A DNA stretch of 64,000 nt, from contig CM075978.1 in the NCBI GenBank assembly GCA_038087875.1, positions 175,150,001 to 175,214,000 on the forward strand. The letters run 5' to 3'. A program made the translations under genes and the position numbers. Shown here piece by piece: positions 50,788 to 61,797 of this stretch; within the stretch, counting starts at the first letter, position 1; each line of letters starts with the position of its first letter. The stretch comes from Malacoraja senta. Lineage: Eukaryota. A model generated the notes under the pieces. That model made no database searches. It was not told the origin of the DNA and saw only the letters and a list, made by a program, of their open reading frames with translations.

Positions 50788-52900
50788 CTGGAAAATAAAA
50801 CGATTATTAAATTTCACCAGTCCGGTGATTTTCGTGACTTGAATCAAATTTCATTGCAGCCTCGAAAATAATCTTCATTGAACAATATTTTTTTTCAGCC
50901 TAGTTGTATAACTAATGCACTTAAAGCGATTTAAAACTGCTAAGTTTGTTCCTTGTGGTATAAACTAACGGCTAATTTCATTCCTTTTAAACCTTTTTAT
51001 TGTATGCCCTGATTTTACAGTTTGCGTCTATTATACAACAATTACCTTACTTCATAAATATCATATCGTTTCTGTTTCTACTCGCAGCGCAAGTAAATGA
51101 TGCGTTCTGTTCCATGCACAGACATTAAGAGCCAAAGCATTAACTTGAATTTTCTAAACGTCTTCACGATTTTTATTATAATTTGGTGATATCATTGTAC
51201 AAAATGTAACCCATAATAACAGCTCGACTATCAAAATGTTACAAATATATTCTTTACCGTTGTTGAAATAAATAAATCGTGCAGAAGATTTATTCAGCAG
51301 TAACTTGAGGTCAAAAATATGTTTGAGTTAGAAGGTCAGAAAAATGTGTGTCCTTGTGTGAAACAATATTGTAAAGTTGGACCAGAGCGTACAGCTTGCT
51401 ATTTATAATTCCGTTAAGCACAGAAGAAAGTAATTGCATTACTTCGAGAGCAATTATCCCAGCACCAACACATTCCCTTAAGAATTTGGATGGTATGTTA
51501 AGGCCTCCGACACACCATATCAATGACATTCATTCATGGAAAAGTCACCAACCCTTTCCATTTACAACAGCTCAAACAGTGATCAGCGTCTGCGTACGCC
51601 GCCCAAAATGTAGGCTTGAGATACAAACTACAAGTACATTTGCACCAGTTATAAACAATCCTTTTTCAATATCTATATGATCTTAATGCCATTTCCATCG
51701 CTTGGAAGGTGAGCGGAGAATACACGTTAATGCAACAATGTGTAGGAAGGAACTGTAGATGCTGGGTTAAACCGAAGATAGACACAAAAAGCTGGAGTAA
51801 CTCAGCGCGCAGAAGGCATCTCTGGATAAAAGGAAAAGGTGACGTTTCGGGTCGTGACCCTTCTGCAGACTAAATGTAACAATATAGATCTTGAATTTTG
51901 CATTCCTCAATGATTGACTCGATTCACGGCTCCTATATAATTTCAAGTAATCCGGGACAATCAGATGTGTGACCAAACTTATACTACGGTTAAACATGGT
52001 ACCAATTGAGCAAGTGCAAAAGAGGTTCACCAGAATGTTGACTGAAATAAAGGGCCTTTTTATAACGAGACATTTGGTAAACTGCGTTTATTCTCAATGG
52101 AAGGAAGGAAGCAGAGTAGTGACTTAATAAACGTTTTTGTTTTAAATATCGGGGCCACATAGCATAGACGGGGTCTTTTCCTCAGAATAGTGGAATTAAG
52201 AACTATGTGGCACGGTTTTTAGGTAAAAGGGGGGAAATGTAAATGAGAAGAGGAAGTTTTACATACCTGGAACATCTACCACCGGAGAGGGTGCAGTACA
52301 ATAATAACATTTAAATTGCGTTAGACCAGTAATTGCGCAGAAGCGTTATAGAGCGATATGGGCCTAATGCAGGCAAACAGCATCAACATACACAATTAGC
52401 ACCGTCGGCAGAGGCGACGTGGGCAGAACGGGCCAGTTGTTGTGTTGTATGATTCTATGATTCTGTAATTCCTTACACTTGTAATTCCTTACACTTTAGA
52501 TTAAAAAAAGATGGCAGCTCCAAATATATAAATTAAAAAAATAATATCCTTGATCAGTACCACATTCGGAACCCTACATATTTTCAATCTCAACTACCTG
52601 TGCCGTGTGTCGTTGGTTTCAGTAACACCATTCCCTCTGCGTTGAAGCAATTCTAAAATATATGCGAAAGGTTCTATAATTCTGTCAAGCAGATGTGGAA
52701 GGCGTAATTTACTCTCTCCATCGGTCTATTCGGATTCTTTGGTAATTGCGTCAAAAATACTATCTAACCAATCACACAAATCATATTATTTCAAAGGACA
52801 CAGATGATGAATAAAGCGCAATTTCTTCAACGTGATTGAGCTTATCGCTTTGAGTTGGTGAAGTTAACCGATCTGGCTTACCCCTCTCCCCGAAACTCAC

Positions 52901-53212
52901 CGTAAACTACCAGCTTTGTACCAGTCCCGTTTAAAACGTTGGTACGTGTCAAGCTGCAAAAATAGAGCCCGGCGTCCTTCACTGTCACGTCCTCCAGCCG
53001 TAAGACAGCGCTTCCCCCTCTCAGGAAATAAAACTGGATTCGTTTATCTGCACTTTCATCCAGGAATCTATTATCCCCATCTCTCCACCAATGCACTTTG
53101 TACGGCCTGTTGTCTGAGAAGATTGGATAAATGCAGTAAAGCACTGCCGAGTCACCCCGCATCAAAACAGCTTCTGGAACTTGTGTTACGGTCAACGGGC
53201 CATCGTCACCAG
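52901..53212 (-). CDS. Gene B exon 2: Ig V-set domain with J-like GTGTKLVV G strand
   Basis: Acceptor tttcgtttcccgacag| and donor G|GTGAGT, phase 1/1; VLYC..VHWWRDG..DAGLYFC..NGTGTKLVVY. Confidence 0.95.
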
Positions 53213-53401
53213 CTGTCGGGAAACGAAAAATGAAACGATAAGGCTTAGGATTAAACTAATGACCAAATTAATTGAAAATTGTACGTAACGAGAACAAAAA
53301 TAAAGATAAACTTATAAGTTAATAATTAAGTTAATTTATAATATTTAAGTTATAAATATTTATAACTAAATTTATAATAATTAAGTTAATTTAAAATATA
53401 C

Positions 53402-53453
53402 CTGCGCAGCTGACGTGAAGAACAATCAATTGCAGTAAGACACGTGTCATCAT
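53402..53453 (-). CDS. Gene B exon 1: signal peptide MMTRVLLQLIVLHVSCA
   Basis: ATG ATG, hydrophobic core, phase-1 donor CAG|GTATAT, 189-bp intron in frame with the V exon. Confidence 0.88.
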
Positions 53454-54010
53454 TCACGGCAAAACTGCAGAGAACAGTCGAATGAAACAAGTGTCGAATA
53501 AATAGTGAGAGAGGAATACCGCGAGTATGCTTGGGTTCAGTGGGTGTGCCGGAAAGTGAGTCTGCTCATGCTCGTGCCTCTCTGCGCATTGACGCGGATC
53601 AAAGGTCAAGTTAGTGGCTGCTCACACATTTCCGAAAACTTCACAAAGCATTTGCTGAACAACTACAGAAATTCAATGCAGCTAGAAATTGCTGCCATTG
53701 CGCTTTAGCCCATGCTCTCTATTAAGCAATGTCCTCGTACTGATCGTCCCGAATATGCTGTCCACGGTCGACCTTTGTGAAAATACAGTGACGGGTCGCA
53801 GATGCGCCCTGCTTTGATTGCGCCAATACTTTCCATTCAACACGCCATGATGCTAAGCAAGCTAAGTCATCATGAAGTATCAAGCAAGTACATAGAGCCT
53901 TTCTCGAAACAGTTCAGCCACCTCCTCCTCCACCCTTTGCCCAGCCTTTGCTACATTTTACTGCGGTATGACATGCAAAGCGCCAGAGGTTCACATTGTT
54001 GAGTTCATTG

Positions 54011-57000
54011 GCGAATTGAAAGGCGAGCGATTCACATCATGCTCAGAACTGGCAATTAATCGAGGATGTACATAAGAGAGTATTTCTGTCATCCAAACAG
54101 ACCTCAGATCGGCAACATTTTGCACTTCTGCGATGGTCCGCGTACATCCGAGCAGAGGCAGGAGTGGGGTGTCGAGCATAAATTCGCCTGAATGATGGGA
54201 CCAATTTAACTCCATCCCCATTTCTCCGTTGTCACAGGATTTTAAAAAAAGATCGTTTTCGATTCGGTAAAAACGGTAGGAGTCAAAAGAACAAGAAATA
54301 CAACTGGAGATACACACAAATTGCTGGAATAACTCAGCGGGACAGGCAGCATCTCTAGAGAGAAGGAATGGGTGACGTTTCGGGTCGAGACTGAAGAAGG
54401 GTCTCGACCTGAAACGTCACCATTCCTTCTCTCCAGAGATGTTGCCTAGCCCACTGAGTTACTCCGCATCTTGTGCATACCTTCGATTTAAACTATAATC
54501 TGCAGTACTTTTTGACACATTTTGCCCGCTCCACTGCGAAATCTCCTCAAGGTATGTTTCGTTTGAAGAAGTAAAACTGTCTGAAGAAAGGTCTCGACCT
54601 AATGCGTCACCTTTCCCTTCTCTCCAGGGATGCTGCTTGTCCCGCTGAGTTACGCCAGTTATTTGTATCTATCTTCCGCAAAACTTAAACGTTAGGAACA
54701 GGGAATATGCCATCTGAACACTCAAGGCTGCCTCGCCATTCAGCAAGTGCTTAATCCACCCTTGCCTCCAATTCTCCTTCAATGCCATTTCCCCATAGCC
54801 TTCCATCCTCCATTCGAAATGTCCCCTTTGCCGTTCTAGCCGTCCCACATTTTCTGCAACTTGAAACTAAACTCCTTTCCCTCTTTGTCATTTTGCTATT
54901 GAGAATTAGACCGGAAGCTTTTTTATTTTCATTTATCTCTCGACTGACGCTGCGAATGTTGAATGCGGACTGTTCCGGTTGTTGAAAGAATACGACACTG
55001 AAAGTTCAAAGCTATAAAAGTTATTTGTAACTCAGAAGCCGAGGACGGCTGTGTAATTCTAATTCTCAACTTGCCACAATACGAATCGCACAAAAATACG
55101 TGTTTTTATGGCGGGATCATCTTGGGTTTTATTTTTGATTGATTCATAAATTCTTGGAATTTATTCTTACATTTCAACATAAATACTACTACAGAATATG
55201 ACAACTGAATTGTTCGGAAAGGGCCGCTTAATCACCATTCGTTTTTGTGTTAACTGATGTCAGGTTGACAGAAGATACAGTTGATTGCGAATTGAAAGGC
55301 GAGCGATTCACATCATGCTCAAAACTGGCAATTAATCGAGGATGTACATAAGAGAGTATTTCTGTCATCCAAACAGACCTCAGATCGGCAAGATTTTGCA
55401 CTTCTGCGATGGTCCGCGTACATCCAAGCAGAGGCAGGAGTGGGGTGTCGAGCATAAATTCGCCTGAATGATGGGACCAATTTAACTCCATCCCCATTTC
55501 TCCGTTGTCACAGGATTTAAAAAAAAGATCGTTTTCGATTCGGTAAAAACGGTAGGAGTCAAAAGAACAAGAAATACAGCTGGAGATACACACAAATTGC
55601 TGGAATAACTCAGCGGGACAGGCAGCATCTCTAGAGAGAAGGAATGGGTGACGTTTCGGGTCGAGACTGAAGAAGGGTCTCGACCTGAAACGTCACCATT
55701 CCTTCTCTCCAGAGATGTTGCCTAGCCCACTGAGTTACTCCGCATCTTGTGCATACCTTCGATTTAAACTATAATCTGCAGTACTTTTTGACACATTTTG
55801 CCCGCTCCACTGCGAAATCTCCTCAAGGTATGTCTCGTTTGAAGAAGTAAAACTGTCTGAAGAAAGGTCTCGACGTAATGCGTCACCTTTCCCTTCTCTC
55901 CAGAGATGCTGCTTGTCCCGCTGAGTTACGCCAGTTATTTGTATCTATCTTCCGCAAAACTTAAACGTTAGGAACAGGGAATATGCCATCTGAACACTCA
56001 AGGCTGCCTCGCCATTCAGCAAGTGCTTAATCCACCCTTGCCTCCAATTCTCCTTCTATGCCATTTCCCCATAGCCTTCCATCCTCTGATCTTTCAAATT
56101 AAATATCGGTAAATCAATTAAATGCTTTCAATAATCGACCTTCATAACTCCATAGGGAAAGGAGTTTCAGCTCCTTCCGTTAAAAGCAATTCCGATGCGA
56201 CTCGATTTTAAATAGCTGTCCACTTTTCTTGAAATTAGTATCTTCAATTGAGCAGAGCAGACAGCGCCTTTGGTCAGAACAGAGACAACAACTGAGGCAC
56301 TGGAGAAAGCAGAACTGTTAGTTTAATTTAGTCACCTTTTTTCTCCAAGGAAATCCTACCGACCCTATCATTCTGCGGCGAAATCCGCCATTCTGCTGAC
56401 ATGAAATAATACCTCTTCTTCCATGTTCCAAGACTACACTGTAGTCTTCGATTTCCTTGCCCGCAGCAGAACAGATCTGCTCTGTATTGTTAATTCTGAA
56501 ATCACACTGTCAAATTTACTGAACATTCCCTGCATTTCTGTGGCATGTTTTCCAGCACTTATGCGCTCCAGTCCTATTCGAAATGTCCCCTTTGCCGTTC
56601 TAGCCGTCCCACATTTTCTGCAACTTGAAACTAAACTCCTTTCCCTCTTTGTCATTTTGCTATTGAGAATTAGACCAGAAGCTTTTTTATTTTCATTTAT
56701 CTCTCGACTGACGCTGCGAATGTTGAATGCGGACTGTTCCGGTTGTTGATAGAATACGACCCTGAAAGTTCAGAGCTATAAATGTTATTTGTAACTCAGA
56801 AGCCGAGGACGGCTGTGTAATTCTAATTCTCAACTTGCCACAATACGAATCGCACAAAAATACGTGTTTTTATGGCGGGATCATCTTGGGTTTTATTTTT
56901 GATTGATTCATAAATTCTTGGAATTTATTCTTACATTTCAACATAAATACTACTACAGAAGATGACAACTGAATTGTTCGGAAAGGGCCGCTTAATCACC

Positions 57001-57050
57001 ATTCGTTTTTGTGTTAACTGATGTCAGGTTGACAGAAGATACAGTTGATT
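54011..57050. repeat. Recent tandem duplication: copy 1 54011-55286 (1276 bp), copy 2 55287-57050 (1764 bp, ~488 bp extra)
   Basis: Near-identical sequence; the ORF track shows duplicated peptides (53991-54317 vs 55228-55593; 54782-54985 vs the end of 56423-56749). Confidence 0.95.
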
Positions 57051-58504
57051 GCAATGGGAGTAAGCAATTTAATAAAAATCAGCAAGTACTTCTGCTTCTG
57101 CCAATCCGTTTTGGAAAATGCATGCTAGTGAGTGCATAATACTCGGGAGAGTGACACGTTTGGCTGCCGTATTTTTCAATTAACTATTCCATGGAAACGC
57201 ATTGCCTCGACATATTGCAGACATATTAAATGATTAAATACCGCGTTTCCTTTTCTTGGATTGCTGTGAGCTTCCGAATCTGTCATTTCCCCTCAGGTCA
57301 GTTAGTCTGATCAAGTTCATTGATTGATGAAACACATTAAACAGTTGGACAAATTCTTCCCTTTAACCACATGCAAATGTTTCAATTGAAACTTGATGAA
57401 AACGAGTCATTCCTCAATATGCGTGTGTGCTTTTTTCCAATGACATTCACGCCGCCGACAAGAATGAATAAGAAAAAAATTGATAACGCGATTGGATCTC
57501 CCCATTCATTCATCCCCAATCTCACAACGGGGCTCTCAAATCCTCTTCAGAAGGCATATGGCTTAACTAAACGAAGTAGATATCCTGTGGATAACAGATA
57601 TCATCTGGGTTTTGGAGATAGTGGGTAAGTTAGTCGTACTGTGGTGTCATTTCATAGAGGGGGAAATGACAGGGGAACTGGTACATCATAGGGGGTCACC
57701 CACTACGATAGTTGCACATGTCTTTTCCGTATTCACAACGGGCACTACAATTTTACAATGAAATGTGTTATGCTGTACTTTGGAAATAAACTTCCGATAC
57801 ATCTTCCGAATACATATCAGCATGCAGACCATCTATGGTATGATTTACAATTTGAAATATTTATGATATTCATATGGCTGCATGAATGATTCAAATCTGA
57901 ACAACGACATTACTTGCGGGGTAATCTCACAGTCGCGAAATCGCATTCGTTAAACGTTTAAACATACTTACCCAACACAACTAAAGTCGTCCCGGTACCG
58001 TTGCCAACTAAAGTGCCCCGGCGGGTAATGGTACAATAATACACTCCTGCATCCTGTAGACTCATATTGACTATTTTCAGTAAGCGACTGGATTAAGGAA
58101 TAATGCCCGAAACCTTTCTCCCGTCGGGGCAATGGATGAAAAAAAACGATTGTCATCCTGTTTCCACCAATGTATGCTTACGCGGGGCCCTTCCCGAAAG
58201 AAGGGATGAGAGGAGTGAAAATAAGCATGTTGGCCCTTCGGGACTTTCACTACTTAATGAAGTTGAGTTACTTTTTCTGAAGTTTCACCAGATCGTGAAG
58301 GGAAAAAAAACACGACCGATTTAGTAATATTTCACCCCAGAAGGCAAAACGCAGGAGCAGGGCTAATTGCAAATGAAAATAAAGACACGGATTAACGAAA
58401 TCTTGAATAGATTTAGGTTTGTATAAAAGATGTAGGAGTGTATAAAAGATTTATGGACTGTCAAGTATCTGTGAAAATTATCCCCCAAAAAGGGAAACAG
58501 CGAA

Positions 58505-59010
58505 GTGCGGTGCTGGTCAACATATCTGCAGCAAGTGATCACAGGGCGTGAACCGTTTTTGAAGGTTGGATTGTCAGACGATGAAGCGCGTCACTCCTTC
58601 CGTGACTCTAGCGCGGCAATGTGGCGACGTTTTAAGTTGGATTTTCAAGTCTCCATTGGACAAGCTTATGATAATGGATCAAATATGTTAGGAAGGTATA
58701 ATGGTGTACAAGCAGTTGTACGAGAGCTTAATTCAAACTGCATTTTCTCTAGCCGTGGAAATCATACACTAAACCTTGTGGGTGTTGACTGCGCCTAGTC
58801 ATGCAAGGAAGCAGTTACTTACTTTGGAAGATTCAACAAATGTACAAAATGTTCAGCAGCAGTCCACAAAGGTGGGAAATACTTATGCGACATCTTATTG
58901 TTTCTCTGCATGGAATGTCCAATACTAGATGGTCTGAACGTATCGACGGTGTTAAACCTATTGTACAACATTTAGATTCTGTAAGAAAAGCTTTAACTGA
59001 GCTTGATCCT
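58505..59010 (+). pseudogene. hAT-superfamily transposase remnant (ZMYM1/ZBED-like)
   Basis: GQAYDNGSNMLGRYNGVQA, NHTLNLV and TRWSERID motifs, with a stop and frameshift. Confidence 0.85.
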
Positions 59011-59311
59011 CTAAATCAGGGGTCGGCAACCTTGTTCTGCATCGGGGCCAGGACCCATGTCTGTGAGCGGATAGCGTGTCACATCTATCGCCTTTGTTAA
59101 TAAATGGAGGTAATAATACAGTCGTAGTTTTGTTTAGAAGGCGCTGTATTTAGTGGAGGGAGAGGGAGCCTGGTCAAAGCCAACCTCCCTTGCCTCCACG
59201 GAGCTTTCATTGCTCCCAGTGACGGAGGGCGAGGCGGGGGATGCTGGGACCAGGAGGGCGGCTGCCAGCTCGGAGTGGCGGGCCTACCGGCGTCCATGGT
59301 GACCATGGTGC

Positions 59312-61797
59312 TCCATCTGCACTCGTCCCATCTGCCCGCGTTTGGTCTCCTAAACCATCCATGTGCTGTTCAAATGTTCTTTAAATGTTGTTGTAGTTTC
59401 TGCCTCAATAATCTCATCTGGCAGTTCATTTCATATCCCCACTAGGTGGAAAATGGTTCCTCAGCTCCTTACACAGCTGTAACAAAACATCCCAATTTAT
59501 ACCAACTTCCATCCGGCACTCAAATACACCTGGACCATTTCCGACACTTCCCTACCATTCCTTGACCTCCCTATCTCCATCGCAGGTGATAGACTTCTTA
59601 CCGACATCCACTACAAACCTACCGACTCCCATGGCTATCTGGACTGCACTTCTTCCCACCTGCTTCTTGTAAGGACTCCATCCCCCACTCCCAATGCCTC
59701 CGTCTACGCCGCATCTGCTCCCAGGATGAGGCGTTCCACACCAGGGCATCCGAAATGTCCTCATTCTTCAGGGAACGGATGTTCCCCTCCTCCACCATAG
59801 TTAAGGCTCGCACCAGGGTCTTTGCCACACCCCGCAACACTGCTCTCTCTCCCCATCCCCCCCACTCACAACAAGGGCAGAGTCCCCCTAGTCCTCACCT
59901 TTCACCCCACCAGCCGTCACATACAACAAGTGATCCTCCGTCAGTTTCGCCACCTCCAACGTGACCCCACCACTCGCCACATCTTCCCATCTCCCCCCAT
60001 GTCTGCCTTCCGCAAAGACCGCTCCCTCCGTAACTCCCTTGTCAATTCTTCCCTTCCCTCCCGCACCACCCCCTCCCCGGGTACTTTCCCTTGCAACCGC
60101 AAGAGATGCAACACTTGTCCCTTCACCTCCCCCCTCGACTCCATTCAAGGACCTAAGCAGTCGTTCCAGGTGCGACAGAGGTTCACCTGCATCTCCTCCA
60201 ACCTCATCTATTGCATCCGCTGCTCTAGATGCCAGCTGATCTACATCGGTGAGACCAAGCGGAGGCTTGGCGATCGTTTCGCCGAACACCTCCGGTCGGT
60301 CCGCAATTACCAACCTGACCTCCCGGTGGCTCAGCACTTCAACTCCCCCTCCCATTCCGTATCTGACCTCTCTGTCCTGGGTCTCCTCCATGGCCACAGC
60401 GAGCAACACCGGAAATTGGAGGAAATGCACCTCATATTCCGCTTGGGCAGTCTACATCCTGGGGGCTTGAACATCCTGGGGGGGAATTCTCCCAATTCTG
60501 CTAGCCCTTGCTGTCCCCTCCCCTTCATCAGCCCTCTGGTTGTCTCCTCCCCTCCCCTAGCCCTCGGGCTCCCCCTCCGCCTTTTTTCCTTTTTTCCTTT
60601 CTTCTCCCCACCCCCTATCAGTCTGAAGAAGGGTTTCGGCCCGAAACGTTGCCTATTTCCTTCGCTCCATAGATGCTGCTGCACCCGCTGAGTTTCTCCA
60701 GCATTTTTGTGTACATCCCAAATTATATACTCGGTACCCTGACTGATGAAGGCCTGTGTACCGAAAGCCTTCTTAACCTCCTTGTCTACCTGTGACACCA
60801 CTCTCAAGGAACTATGTACCGTACCAGCACACCTTGACCCCTCTGCTTTACAAACTCCCAAGAACCCTGCCGTTCACTATTATGGTCCTGCCCACAAATG
60901 ACTTCCCAAAATGCAAAACCTCACACATATCTGCATTAAACTCCATTGACCATTCATTAGCCCACTTGTCCACTGATCAAGATGCTGCAGTATCATTTGA
61001 TAACCATTTTCGCTATCTACAATACCACCCAATTATCAGTCATCTGCAATCTTACAAATCCGGCCTTGTATGTTCTCATCCATATCATTGATATACAGCA
61101 AGCCACAAACAGCAATGGGCCTAGTACCGATCCTGGAGGAACACCACTCGCCCTCCATTCCAAAAAAACAATCTTCTGAAGAAGGGTCTCGACCCGAAAT
61201 GTCACTCATTCCTTCTCTCAGGAGATGCTGTTTATCATTTTGTGTCTCTCTTCCTGGATCCCATGTGATCTCGCCCTCCAGAGCACCTACCTTGTCAGAC
61301 AGCTTGCTGAAATCCAGTTACACATCTACAGCTCTGCCGCCATCAACCTTTTTGGTCACATCTTGAAAAATTCGATCAGATTCGTGAGGCACGCTGTTCC
61401 ACATGCAAAACCATGCTGGGTAACCCTAATCAGCCCTTGTCTATCCAAATACATCTATAAATTATCCTTCAGAGTACTGTCTGGAAAAGCCTAGGAACTA
61501 TAGATTTGTGAGCCTGACATCTATGGCTGATATGTTACTGGAGAGTATTCTGAGATATGCAGGTTTATGAACCATTGCATATCAGTGATATTGAACCTGG
61601 TGTATTTACGCAGGTGATATAGCCTCACGTATGTGATCAAGAGTTTTGAAGAAGTAACTTAGAAGGTTGAAGATGGCAAGGCCATAGATAATGTTTATAT
61701 GGAAGCTTCTGCATGCCAAGTTGCCCTGGAAAGCTAGATGGCATGAGAACTAGCTTAATGGGTAGAGAATCTGATTTATGAAAGGAAGTGGTTAAAA
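59312..61797 (+). repeat. Diverged direct segmental duplicate of 2556-4803
   Basis: Three colinear blocks: 2556-2688/59312-59444, 3227-3745/60718-61240 and 4484-4803/61484-61797. Confidence 0.85.
59501..60713 (+). mobile_element. 5'-truncated Penelope-like element (RT C-terminus + GIY-YIG endonuclease) with terminal unit
   Basis: ORF 59822-60691 contains SSNLIYCIRCSRCQLIYIGETKRRLGDRFAEH; FLDL..HYKPTDSH upstream; flanked by an imperfect acatcccaa.ttata duplication. Confidence 0.92.

Noticed and set aside
53310-53400. Almost pure AT stretch with a 20-bp palindrome in gene B intron 1
   Set aside because: Short palindromes are expected in AT-only low-complexity DNA.
57371-57378. Octamer ATGCAAAT (Ig promoter motif)
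   Set aside because: 3.9 kb from the nearest ATG, and other octamers occur at unrelated positions, consistent with chance.
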